A stretch of 64,000 nucleotides of DNA from Candidatus Omnitrophota bacterium (lineage in GTDB: Bacteria > Omnitrophota > Omnitrophia > Omnitrophales > Aquincolibacteriaceae). Below the pieces are notes generated by a model, which was given only the letters and a program-made list of their open reading frames with translations, made no database searches and was not told where the DNA came from. The DNA lies in the NCBI GenBank assembly GCA_003140935.1, contig PLLJ01000042.1, forward strand, positions 10,144-74,143, read 5' to 3'. A program made the position numbers and the translations under genes. This document shows, in pieces, positions 18,671-27,559 of this stretch. The stretch's first letter is position 1. Every line of letters begins with the position of its first letter.

Positions 18671-20962
18671 TTGCCAGAAAGCCTTTTTGCGTATACCGGA
18701 CTCATTAATTTCATCACGAGTTTTGGACTAGGAATTTTTCTCTTAATAGCCAAGTATCGTTCTCACCTCTGCCAAGCTTTTGTCCTTTTTTGTTTCAGCG
18801 TGGCCTATTGGAGCATACATTATTTCTGGTGGCTCTCAGAAGCGAATTCTGAAATGGCATTGTATCTCATACGCCAAGCGATGATAGGTGCCATCTTTAT
18901 TCCCGCAACGTATACATATTTTACCTACCAACTAATTGAAAAAAAAGATTTCAAATGGGTCCATTCCCTCAATGTAGGGCTTGTAGTTATTTTTTTATTT
19001 TTTGCGATGTCCCCTTTTTTCATAGCTTCTCTGAAGCAACAACTTTTTTTTAAATTCTGGCCAGTTCCCGGTCCATTGTTTCATTTTGTATTAGCCTATT
19101 TTTCGATTAATGTTTTATATGCTCATCTGCTTTTGTGGAATGCATATAAAAAATCTTTTGGAATTAAGCGACTTCATGTGCTTTATGTCTTTTTAGGCAC
19201 AGCCGTTGGTTTTTTCGGTGGATCAACTAACTACTTCCTTTGGTATGGAATTCCCATTCCTCCATATTTGAATATTTTGGTTTGTATTTTTATAATTACA
19301 GTTGCTTATGCAATCGGCAAGTACAAGCTCATGGACATTCGACTCATTATTCGCCGCACCATTGTTTTTGCGGGATTATTCGGTGTGATCATGGCAGCAG
19401 TCGGAATTGTAACAGCTTTAACTCAAAGCTATGTCGGGCAGTTTTTTGGAATGGGGCCAACAGTACGGCAGCTTCTTAGCATTCTTATAGCGATTTTTCT
19501 TTTTGATCCGACTCGGAAATTGTTGACCAATCTCACCGACAAATATCTTTTTCAGAAGAAGTATGATTATCACAAATTGCTGAAGGATGCGTCGCGGGGG
19601 ATGTCGAATATTGAGTCGCTGGAGCGTCTCCTGGGGCTCGTGGTGCACTTTATCACCATGAAGATGCGGGTGAAGAATGCGGCGGTGCTGATGCGGGAGG
19701 GGACAAGCGACCAGTATCAGCTCGTTTACCAGCGGGGGTTTGACAAAAAGTTCCTGACGCTCACGCTTTATAAGAACGATCCCCTGATCCACTATCTCGA
19801 AAACCACCAGGAGGCAGTGGATATCGAGCGGATCAAGGAGCAGGTGGAGGTTGCATCGTACCGGCGGGACAAAAGCGAGAAGGCCTATGATTACGAGGCG
19901 ATCCGGGAGCGGATGAACCAGCTTCAGGCGAGTTGTTGCGTGCCGAGCTTTTTGGGGCGCGAGCTCCGGAACGTCCTTATGCTGGGAGAGAAAAAATCCG
20001 GCGAATATTATTCGAACGAGGACTTAAATCTCCTTTATACGCTCGCGCAGGAATCCTCGATCGCGATCGAGAACGCGCGGCTTTATGACGAGGCCCTCCG
20101 GAAGTCCCATGAGCTGGAGCATATCAACGAGCAGCTCGAATATTCCAAAGAGCTTCTCATGAAAGCCCTGCAGGAGGCCGAGGGGGCGAATAAACAGCTA
20201 CAGGACACGCAGGCCCAGCTCATTCACGAGCAGAAGATGGCGACCCTGGGCCGGCTGGCCGCGTCGGTGGGGCATGAAGTGAATAACCCGCTCACCATTC
20301 TTTCCATGAACGTGTCGCGCGTGATTCTGAAACACCGCAAAAACAAAGACATGAAAGTGACAGAGATCCTGGACGTCTTCGACAAGATGGAGAAGAATAT
20401 CGAACGTATCAAGGCGGTGGTGAACACGCTGACCGGTCTTTTGAAGAAATCGGAAAAAGGGAAGTTCGAGCCGCTGTCACTCAAGTTGATCCTGGAGGAG
20501 ACCTTGCCGCTCGTGCAGTTCCAGACTTATCTCGACAATCTCTCCGGGACAGAGGTCGATTTCAACGTGCCGGGGAACGTCCCGCTGATCCGTGGAGACC
20601 TGGAACGCCTGCAAGAGGTTTTCCTGAACCTTTTCATCAATGCGTATCACGCTATGGCCGGCAAGCGGCACCGCAAGATCGGGGTCCAGGCCGAGATCGA
20701 TCCCAAGGACCCGAACATGGTCGCGATCCATTTCAGGGACAACGGCTCGGGCATGACCGAGGACGTCATGAAGAAGGTTTTTAATTACGGGTTTACGACC
20801 AAAGCGCCCGGGAAAGGGTCGGGACTCGGGCTTTACATGTGCAAATACATCATCGAATTGCACGGCGGGACCATCACGGTCACAAGCAAGCTCGGGGAGG
20901 GGACAACCTTCACGCTGACGCTGCCCATTTATTCAGAGACGCCGGCATTAAAGCAGGCTTGA
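18671..20962 (+). CDS. Sensor histidine kinase: 7TM-type sensor domain, GAF, HisKA, HATPase_c (third paralogue)
   Basis: Probable TTG start after GGAGA. The TM region ends with YKLMDIRLIIRRTI. H-box SVGHEVNNPL and G-boxes DNGSGM / GSGLGL. The N-terminal half is AT-rich and the C-terminal half GC-rich. Confidence 0.8.
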   Translation: MPESLFAYTGLINFITSFGLGIFLLIAKYRSHLCQAFVLFCFSVAYWSIHYFWWLSEANSEMALYLIRQAMIGAIFIPATYTYFTYQLIEKKDFKWVHSLNVGLVVIFLFFAMSPFFIASLKQQLFFKFWPVPGPLFHFVLAYFSINVLYAHLLLWNAYKKSFGIKRLHVLYVFLGTAVGFFGGSTNYFLWYGIPIPPYLNILVCIFIITVAYAIGKYKLMDIRLIIRRTIVFAGLFGVIMAAVGIVTALTQSYVGQFFGMGPTVRQLLSILIAIFLFDPTRKLLTNLTDKYLFQKKYDYHKLLKDASRGMSNIESLERLLGLVVHFITMKMRVKNAAVLMREGTSDQYQLVYQRGFDKKFLTLTLYKNDPLIHYLENHQEAVDIERIKEQVEVASYRRDKSEKAYDYEAIRERMNQLQASCCVPSFLGRELRNVLMLGEKKSGEYYSNEDLNLLYTLAQESSIAIENARLYDEALRKSHELEHINEQLEYSKELLMKALQEAEGANKQLQDTQAQLIHEQKMATLGRLAASVGHEVNNPLTILSMNVSRVILKHRKNKDMKVTEILDVFDKMEKNIERIKAVVNTLTGLLKKSEKGKFEPLSLKLILEETLPLVQFQTYLDNLSGTEVDFNVPGNVPLIRGDLERLQEVFLNLFINAYHAMAGKRHRKIGVQAEIDPKDPNMVAIHFRDNGSGMTEDVMKKVFNYGFTTKAPGKGSGLGLYMCKYIIELHGGTITVTSKLGEGTTFTLTLPIYSETPALKQA

Positions 20963-21044
20963 GACTTAACTTGTTAGCAGTACAATAGAGCGTCAGAGTA
21001 TCAAAGTTTGAATGTGATGCGAGCACGGCAGGCCGAGGGCTCTT

Positions 21045-21404
21045 ATGCAAAAAAAGATTCTGATCGTCGATGACGAGGCCGGGATCGTCCAGGAGATCAA
21101 GGAGTTCCTGGAGGAGGAGGGCTACGAGGTCCGCACGGCGGACTCGGCCAAGGCGGGGATCGAACTGATCGAAGAGATCCGTCCGGATGTGGTTATGATC
21201 GACGTAAAATTGCCGGACGCCTCTGGAAACGAAGTGCTTCGCGCCTGCAAAGAAAAATCTCCCAAGACCAAGACCATCATGGTGACGGGATACGTGGACC
21301 AGCATGTGATGGACGAAGCGGAATTGATCGGCCGCGACACATTCCTCCAAAAACCTTTCAATCTCGAGAAGATCCTTGAAGAAATTAATAAGCTGCTGGC
21401 ATAA
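21045..21404 (+). CDS. Single-domain response regulator (receiver only)
   Basis: ILIVDDE ... VVMIDVKLPD ... TIMVTGY ... K. Confidence 0.85.
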   Translation: MQKKILIVDDEAGIVQEIKEFLEEEGYEVRTADSAKAGIELIEEIRPDVVMIDVKLPDASGNEVLRACKEKSPKTKTIMVTGYVDQHVMDEAELIGRDTFLQKPFNLEKILEEINKLLA

Positions 21405-21441
21405 ACGGCTGGGACTCGTTTCTCGGGATTCGATAAAACGC

Positions 21442-21463
21442 GGGACCAAGACGGGTCCCTTTT
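21442..21463 (+). terminator. Probable intrinsic terminator after the kinase/receiver cluster
   Basis: gggacc-aagacg-ggtccc followed by tttt. Confidence 0.5.
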
Positions 21464-21476
21464 AGGTGTTTAAAAT

Positions 21477-22019
21477 ATGAACTTCATGCGCACTGAAATT
21501 GACGGCGTGATCGTGATCGAGCCGAAGATCTTCGACGATGCCCGCGGTTTTTTTTATGAAAGCTATCAAAAAAAACGTTTCGTCCAAGAGGGCATCAAGG
21601 ACGATTTCGTCCAGGATAACATCAGCTCTTCCGTCAAAGGCGTTCTCCGGGGGTTGCACTTTCAGGCCGCGCCGCGCGCGCAGGCCAAACTCATGCGGGT
21701 GCTCCGCGGGTCCGTCTATGATGTGGTGGTGGATCTCCGGCCCCGTTTCAAAACGTTCGGGAAATTCTTCCCGATCCTGCTTTCCGCCGAGAACCGCAGG
21801 ATGCTTTATGTCCCCAAAGGTTTTGCCCACGGGTTCTGCGTGCTGGAAGAAGGAACGGAATTCATGTACAAAGTCTCGGATTATTATTCCCCCGAACATG
21901 AACGTGGTATTCTCTGGTCGGATCCCGACCTTGCGATCCCCTGGCCCAAGATCGATCGTCCGTTCATTCTTTCCGAAAAGGATACGAAGTTCCCGGTCTT
22001 GAAAGATCTGAAATTATAA
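21477..22019 (+). CDS. rfbC: dTDP-4-dehydrorhamnose 3,5-epimerase
   Basis: The RmlC cupin-family N-terminus (MNFMRTEIDGVIVIEPKIFDDARGFFYESY) plus conserved His/Lys/Tyr positions. Length 180 aa. Confidence 0.85.
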   Translation: MNFMRTEIDGVIVIEPKIFDDARGFFYESYQKKRFVQEGIKDDFVQDNISSSVKGVLRGLHFQAAPRAQAKLMRVLRGSVYDVVVDLRPRFKTFGKFFPILLSAENRRMLYVPKGFAHGFCVLEEGTEFMYKVSDYYSPEHERGILWSDPDLAIPWPKIDRPFILSEKDTKFPVLKDLKL

Positions 22020-22046
22020 TTATGAACTGAATGCCGGAGAAGCCCG

Positions 22047-22481
22047 ATGAGAAAATATATCTACGGAACGGTCCTCGTCGCAGTCGGTGCCGCGGTCGCG
22101 ATTTTCTTCTTCAGGCCTCCTGAGACCACCAACCGGCCGCCTCAGACGGTCCTCGCGATCACATTCCATTTTCCCCAGAATTATGAATTCACGGAAGGCG
22201 CTCCTTTTCTGCTTACCTGGCAGGCTGAAGGCCCGGAGGGGAAACTCTCGATCCCGGTCCCGGTTGAGCATTTCAACCCTCTCGCTTCTCCCTACAAACT
22301 GGCTTTCTCACCGGATCCAGGCTCCGCAGCCGTGGTCCTGAACGCCCGGCTTTATTATTGCCATACCCTAAGCCGCATGTGCTTCCAAGGCGATTTTAAG
22401 GCCCGCGTTCCGCTCATCGCCGGGAACACTTCTCCCATTTCCTACGTTTGGGAGATCACACCCAAAACAGGGAATGGATAA
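22047..22481 (+). CDS. Hypothetical membrane-anchored/exported protein
   Basis: N-terminal hydrophobic helix; no recognisable domain. Confidence 0.4.
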   Translation: MRKYIYGTVLVAVGAAVAIFFFRPPETTNRPPQTVLAITFHFPQNYEFTEGAPFLLTWQAEGPEGKLSIPVPVEHFNPLASPYKLAFSPDPGSAAVVLNARLYYCHTLSRMCFQGDFKARVPLIAGNTSPISYVWEITPKTGNG

Positions 22482-22538
22482 CGGAGAACGCGAAAGGTTT
22501 TATCGTTCGCCATACAACGTTTCTCTCGTGCCAACACT

Positions 22539-22769
22539 ATGAAATACACGATCAAGGTCAAAGCGAACGCCAAGGAAAACGCTGTTCTTGAAGGACTGGG
22601 AGGAGAGCTCCGGGTCTTGGTCAAGGCTCCGCCTCAAGAAGGCCGGGCGAACGAGGCCGTGATCGAGATCCTGGCCGCGCATTTCAAGATCCCCAAAAGC
22701 AGTGTCGCGATCGTGGGTGGGTTCAAGAGTAAGAATAAGATCGTGCGCATCGGCGTATGCCCCTGCTAG
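22539..22769 (+). CDS. DUF167 (YggU family) small protein
   Basis: KVKANAKENAVLEGLGGELRVLVKAPPQEGRANEAVIEILAAHFKIPKSSVAIVGGFKSKNKIV matches the YggU/DUF167 fold signature. Confidence 0.7.
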   Translation: MKYTIKVKANAKENAVLEGLGGELRVLVKAPPQEGRANEAVIEILAAHFKIPKSSVAIVGGFKSKNKIVRIGVCPC

Positions 22770-22801
22770 AAGCGGACCACGGGCCATGCTCCAAGGGCCA
22801 C

Positions 22802-22829
22802 GTGGTGCGTGGGTCGTGGAACGTGGCTC
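22802..22829 (+). promoter_or_regulatory. Four tandem heptads CGTGGnn (cgtggtg cgtgggt cgtggaa cgtggct) upstream of the MMPL gene
   Basis: Exact 7-nt periodicity is visible in the sequence. It lies about 50 nt upstream of a TAGAAT -10-like hexamer and of the ATG at 22881. Confidence 0.35.
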
Positions 22830-22880
22830 GATTTAACAAAAACGGTACGGCTTTTTTGATCTTTCAGCTAGAATAACGCC

Positions 22881-25232
22881 ATGTTTCGTTACCTCGCAGA
22901 GTTCATACAGCGTTTTCGCTGGCCAATCTTGCTGGTCATGATGGTCAGTGTCTACTACTTCGGGATCGCGGTCTCGAAGCTCTCGGTCGATCCTTCCATG
23001 GAAACGCTTTTTATCAAAAAATCTCCCGAATATCAGTATTATCAGCAGTATCGCATTAAATATGGCAGTGATCAGATGATCGCCGTCGCTATGTCGACAG
23101 AAAATCTTTTCACCCCCGCCAATCTCAAGACCCTCAAAAGCATCACCGACGGTATTGCCAGCTACACCCAGGTGGAACGTGTGATCAGTCTCACTAACGC
23201 GATGGACATCAAACATAAGATGCTCGGTGTGAAGACCGTGCCGGCGCTGGAGGGGGTGTTCGAAGGCGCGAGGTCGATCGAAGATGTCAAAAAAGAAGTG
23301 CTCCGGAATGAGCTCTACCTCAGCAATATTGTTTCCAAGGACGGGAAGATCGCTAATATTCTCGTTTATTTGAAGCCCGCCGAAAAAAACAGCGCTGCGG
23401 CCAATGGCGCGTTCATCGAGGCGTTGAAAAGTTACCTGGATGATTTTGAGCAGCCCGGTGTGAAGTTTTACATGGCCGGCGCGCCGGTCGAACAGTATGA
23501 GTTCATTGACCTGATCCATCGCGACCAAATGGTCTTCGTGCCGGTCATCACGGCCATTCTGATCTTGATGACGTACCTGATCTACCGCAGTTTTGCGTGC
23601 GTGGTCCTTTCCATGTCCATCGTTTTCACGACGCTTGTCTGGACGCTCGGAACGATCTCTCTTCTGGGGCAGGAGCTCAATCTCATGACCTCGCTTCTTG
23701 CCCCGGTGATCATGATCGTCTCGGTGATCAATTCAACGTACCTGATCAATCTCTTTTTTGAGATCCGGCCGCATCACAAGAGCCTTAAAGAGGCGGTAAA
23801 TGTGACGATCCAGCAACTCGGGATGCCGTGCTTTCTCACGCATTTTACGGCGGTCCTCGGATTTGGTTCGCTCGCGCTCTCCCCGATCCCGGCCATCCAG
23901 AGTTTCGGGATCTACGCGGCGCTTGGGACCTTTTATTCTTACATTGTCGAGCTCGTGATGACGACTCTGCTTCTTCCGATCCTGCCGTACCGGCCGGTGG
24001 ATCCCCTCGCTTCGAGTGAGTCGCATTTTTTCAACAAGGTCCTGCTGGGATTTCTCGAGAAACTTGAATTCCGCTGGAAATGGTGGATCCTGATCGTGAC
24101 GGGACTCGTCCTGATCCTTTCATTCCAAGGCGTCCAGAAGCTTGAGGTGGATACCAATATCGTGAAGCAGATGAAGCCGAACCTGCCGCTTGCGATCGCG
24201 ACCCGGTTCATCGACGAACATTTGACCGGCGTTTATTCGCTCGGGTTCGTGTTCCGCCGCAAGGACGGGGAGAGTATGGTGGACGCGAAGACGCTGGGCA
24301 TGCTGGACCAGTTCAAGACTTATCTGGAGAATGAGCCCGGGATCGCGAAGGTCAACAGCATCACAACGCTTGTCAAAAAGATCAATGAGGCGCGTAAAAA
24401 CGATCCCGAGGCTTACCGGATCCCGAGAAATCCCATGATGCTCAATCTCTATTTCAAAGGATTAGCCAGATCGAACGATCCGGAGCTTTGGAAACTGGTG
24501 TCGCATGATTTTAAGGAGGTGCGCATGGAGGCGCGTATGCGCGCGATCGGAACGACGAGGGGAGCGCTTTTGGAAGAAAGAGTCCGGGAGTATCTCCAGG
24601 AACATATGAGTGAATTTTTCGAATACAAACTGACGGGAAATGTGGTGCTTTTGGGAAAGATCGCAAAAAGCCTGGTTCATGAACAGGCCCAAAGTTTCGC
24701 CTTTGCGTTCATCTCCATCCTGATCGTGATCATCTTGATCTTCCGGTCCATTCCGCTCGGGCTTTTGGCCGCCATTCCCAACCTGATTCCGATCCTCGCG
24801 GTGTACGGGATCATGGGGTTCGCGGGGATCGAGCTTTCCACCGCGACCGCGATGATCGCGAGCATTGTGCTGGGCCTCGTGGTGGACGCCTCGATCCAGT
24901 TCCTTTACCGGTTCCGCAAAGAGTTCCAGAACCGCTCTCACTACATTCAGTCATTGCATCACACCTACCGCAACATGGGCCAATCGATGGTCGTCTCGAC
25001 CCTGATCCTGTGCATGGGATTCGCCTCGAGCGTATGCGCAAATTTCCGCATTACCGTGCATTTCGGGATGCTAACGAGCCTGACGATCTTCCTGGCGCTT
25101 ATTTGCTCGCTTCTGGTCATGCCGGCGATCCTGATCATGATGAAACCTTTCGGTCCCCAGCGCCTTTTCAAGCGCAAGGTCCAGGAAAATGATCCTTTGT
25201 ACAGATCTCAGGATCCCGTCAAGCACGTTTGA
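22881..25232 (+). CDS. MMPL/RND-superfamily exporter (HpnN-like, 12 TM with two large periplasmic loops)
   Basis: 783 aa with the duplicated 6-TM-plus-loop architecture of MMPL/SSD transporters. Confidence 0.8.
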   Translation: MFRYLAEFIQRFRWPILLVMMVSVYYFGIAVSKLSVDPSMETLFIKKSPEYQYYQQYRIKYGSDQMIAVAMSTENLFTPANLKTLKSITDGIASYTQVERVISLTNAMDIKHKMLGVKTVPALEGVFEGARSIEDVKKEVLRNELYLSNIVSKDGKIANILVYLKPAEKNSAAANGAFIEALKSYLDDFEQPGVKFYMAGAPVEQYEFIDLIHRDQMVFVPVITAILILMTYLIYRSFACVVLSMSIVFTTLVWTLGTISLLGQELNLMTSLLAPVIMIVSVINSTYLINLFFEIRPHHKSLKEAVNVTIQQLGMPCFLTHFTAVLGFGSLALSPIPAIQSFGIYAALGTFYSYIVELVMTTLLLPILPYRPVDPLASSESHFFNKVLLGFLEKLEFRWKWWILIVTGLVLILSFQGVQKLEVDTNIVKQMKPNLPLAIATRFIDEHLTGVYSLGFVFRRKDGESMVDAKTLGMLDQFKTYLENEPGIAKVNSITTLVKKINEARKNDPEAYRIPRNPMMLNLYFKGLARSNDPELWKLVSHDFKEVRMEARMRAIGTTRGALLEERVREYLQEHMSEFFEYKLTGNVVLLGKIAKSLVHEQAQSFAFAFISILIVIILIFRSIPLGLLAAIPNLIPILAVYGIMGFAGIELSTATAMIASIVLGLVVDASIQFLYRFRKEFQNRSHYIQSLHHTYRNMGQSMVVSTLILCMGFASSVCANFRITVHFGMLTSLTIFLALICSLLVMPAILIMMKPFGPQRLFKRKVQENDPLYRSQDPVKHV

Positions 25233-25363
25233 AAGATGTTTGTCGCGAATCTTCCGGCGTGAAGAGAAACAGACCGGATGTGCCCGCAGATCTTTTTAAT
25301 GGTGCCAGGACGTTTCAAAATCGCTATACTAGGCGCCACCTTTAACAACACTTACGGAGTCCC

Positions 25364-26899
25364 ATGGGGAGTTTTAAACCAAAGATCGCGGCATGGATCG
25401 TTCCGGCGCTCGTGCTGGGAATGACCGTCTTGCTTCCGGGTTGTTCCACGTCCCGTCCGTCTACAGGCGTCCGAGAAATCACGACCACCACGACTCGTGA
25501 CGGGATGCTTCGCGGGACTTTGGATCTTTCCTCCGGGGTGAATAATGAAGGCGCCATTTTTGTTGAAAAGGTCATGCCTTCCAAGGTCACGGTCGGGAAA
25601 CCTTTCGAATATACTCTCCATATCACCAACCGCACCGGTTGTCACTTTGGCAACGTGTTGGTCAGTGAAAAATTCCCGGAAAAATATGAAATGTTAAAAG
25701 CGACTCCGGAGCCGGCAAAAGTTTCCGGGAGTGCGGCCGAGTGGACGATCGGGGAGTTTGGCCCGAAAGAGACCAGGATCCTTACGATCCGCGGAACCGT
25801 TCAGGAGATCAGTCCGGTGCTCGCCTGTACGCGGGTGACTTATATTCCCATGCTTTGCCTCGGGCCTGAGACCACGGTTTCCGGGTTAAAACTCACGCTG
25901 ACAGCTCCGGGACAGGCCCTGTTGTGCGATGGGATCACCGGAAAGATCAAGATCGAAAATACCGGGGCCGATCTTATGGAAGATATCATTATCTCCGAGG
26001 CTTTGCCCGAAGGTTTAACGACTACGGAAGGCAAGAATTCTTTGGAGATCCGCGCGGGTAAGCTCGCGGGCCATGAGACGAAAACATTCGATATGAAGTT
26101 GAAGGTACAGAAGGCCGGAAGCTATATCCACAAAATCAGGGCCGTAGCTTCGAACGGGTTATCCATCTCAGCCGCTCCTGTGACGACGGTCGTGAAACAG
26201 CCGGCGCTTAAGATCGCCATGAGCGGTCCGGAAAAAGTTTTTATGACCCGGGACGCGGATTTTAAGATCACGGTCGAAAATACGGGAAATGCGGATTCCG
26301 CGAACACAATGGTGAACGCCAAAATCCCGGCCGGAATGAAATTCGCTTCAGCCAGTAACGGCGGCACTCTTTCAGGGGATCATGTGGCCTGGGTCCTTGG
26401 CGTTCTTGCCGCCCCCAAGCCTGTGGTTCTTAGCCTGACTTGTAAAAGCGTCGTCAGCGGCCCTGCGCAGATGGTCGCTACGGCCAAGGGCGTTTGTTGC
26501 CAGGAAATTTCCACGACGGCGAAGATCGATGTTCAAGGCATTCCGGCGATCCTTCTGGAGGAGGTCGACACGGAAGATCCCATCAAGGTCGGAGGCGTGG
26601 AGAAGTTTCGCGTCACCGTGACCAACCAGGGTTCCGCGCCGGATGCGCATATTGTTCTCAAGGTAGATCTAGAAAAAAACTTTGATTATGTTTCCTCTTC
26701 AGGTCCCACCCAGGCGAAGGCCGAGAGCGCCAAGTCCATTGAGTTTGCCCCGCTCGCGTCTCTAGCGCCGGGGCAAAAAGTGACATGGGAGATCCTCGCG
26801 AAGGCCGTGGAAGAAGGCGACCATCGCGCTTCTTTCCATATCAAAAGCGATGCCCTCGATCGCTCAGTCGAAAAGGTCGAATCGACCCGGGTTTACTAA
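25364..26899 (+). CDS. Cell-surface lipoprotein with repeated DUF11 (conserved repeat) domains
   Basis: Lipobox LLPGCSTS. At least three Ig-like repeats of the form KVT.G.PFEYTL.I.N.G / LKLTLTAP...GKIKIENTG. Confidence 0.65.
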   Translation: MGSFKPKIAAWIVPALVLGMTVLLPGCSTSRPSTGVREITTTTTRDGMLRGTLDLSSGVNNEGAIFVEKVMPSKVTVGKPFEYTLHITNRTGCHFGNVLVSEKFPEKYEMLKATPEPAKVSGSAAEWTIGEFGPKETRILTIRGTVQEISPVLACTRVTYIPMLCLGPETTVSGLKLTLTAPGQALLCDGITGKIKIENTGADLMEDIIISEALPEGLTTTEGKNSLEIRAGKLAGHETKTFDMKLKVQKAGSYIHKIRAVASNGLSISAAPVTTVVKQPALKIAMSGPEKVFMTRDADFKITVENTGNADSANTMVNAKIPAGMKFASASNGGTLSGDHVAWVLGVLAAPKPVVLSLTCKSVVSGPAQMVATAKGVCCQEISTTAKIDVQGIPAILLEEVDTEDPIKVGGVEKFRVTVTNQGSAPDAHIVLKVDLEKNFDYVSSSGPTQAKAESAKSIEFAPLASLAPGQKVTWEILAKAVEEGDHRASFHIKSDALDRSVEKVESTRVY

Positions 26900-27017
26900 G
26901 GGCGTGTCCATTTTAAATTTAAAGGAATACCGTCCTAACGCTTTCGTAATAGGATCTCGAGTTAGATTCGGCGTTTTTTAGTCCTTAACAACCGTTCCAT
27001 CACCGGAGGAAGGACGC

Positions 27018-27191
27018 ATGAACACACTTCTTGGCTTAGTAGTTCTGGTTTTGGATATCTTTGCCATTGCGGATTGTCTGAAAAGTGACGCGACCACGGG
27101 GAAGAAACTTCTTTGGATCCTTTTGGTCCTGATCCTGCCGGTCCTCGGTATGATCTTGTATTTTCTCTTGGGCAAGAAAAAAGCCGCCTAA
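27018..27191 (+). CDS. Small membrane protein of the PLD-nuclease N-terminal (PLDc_N) family, 57 aa; not in the supplied ORF track
   Basis: RBS GGAGGAAGG. MNTLLGLVVLVLDIFAIADCLKSDATTGKKLLWILLVLILPVLGMILYFLLGKKKAA: two TM helices and a charged tail, typical of PLDc_N mini-proteins. Confidence 0.6.
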   Translation: MNTLLGLVVLVLDIFAIADCLKSDATTGKKLLWILLVLILPVLGMILYFLLGKKKAA

Positions 27192-27292
27192 GATCTTTTG
27201 CGCAGCCAAAGGCTCGATCCAAAAGGTCGGGCCTTTTTATTTTCCGGGGTTGCTTTATTTTTCCTATTCTTTCTAGTACAATGTCGCACCTT

Positions 27293-27365
27293 GCTGGTGT
27301 AGCTCAGGGGTAGAGCAGCTGTTTTGTAAACAGCGGGTCGGGGGTTCAAATCCCTCCACCAGCTC
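27293..27365 (+). tRNA. tRNA-Thr (anticodon UGU)
   Basis: Hand-folded cloverleaf: acceptor GCTGGTG/CACCAGC, D-arm GCTC-AGGGGTA-GAGC, anticodon stem GCTGT/ACAGC with loop TTTGTAA, T-arm GGGGG-TTCAAAT-CCCTC. Confidence 0.8.
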
Positions 27366-27373
27366 GTTTTTGG

Positions 27374-27454
27374 GCTGGAGTGGGGAACCTGAAGCGAAGG
27401 TCGTCAAGACCAAGCGGAATGTCGAAAGCATTGGGCTTTCGACCTCCACCAGCT
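27374..27454 (+). ncRNA. tRNA-like element or tRNA remnant; 81 nt; its last 12 nt (cctccaccagct) match the 3' end of the tRNA-Thr
   Basis: An acceptor-like 5' end GCTGGAG pairs imperfectly with CACCAGC. There are internal hairpins GGTC-gtcaa-GACC and GTCGAAAGC-attgg-GCTTTCGAC, but no canonical cloverleaf by hand. Confidence 0.25.
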
Positions 27455-27475
27455 GATTTTAGTTTGATTTTTGAT

Positions 27476-27559
27476 GGGGAGTTGCCCGAGCGGCCAAAGG
27501 GGACAGACTGTAAATCTGTTGGCTTATAGCCTTCAATGGTTCGAATCCATTACTCCCCA
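27476..27559 (+). tRNA. tRNA-Tyr (anticodon GUA), class II with a long variable arm
   Basis: Acceptor GGGGAGT/ACTCCCC. Anticodon stem ACAGA/TCTGT with loop CTGTAAA. Variable arm GGCTTATAGCC. T-arm AATGG-TTCGAAT-CCATT. Discriminator A. Confidence 0.75.

Noticed and set aside
27374-27454. Calling the 81-nt element between the two tRNAs a functional tRNA or tRNA-Sec
   Set aside because: By hand the acceptor stem needs a mismatch or bulge, and I could not place D- and T-arms with the conserved TTC loop. It is kept only as a low-confidence tRNA-like remnant.
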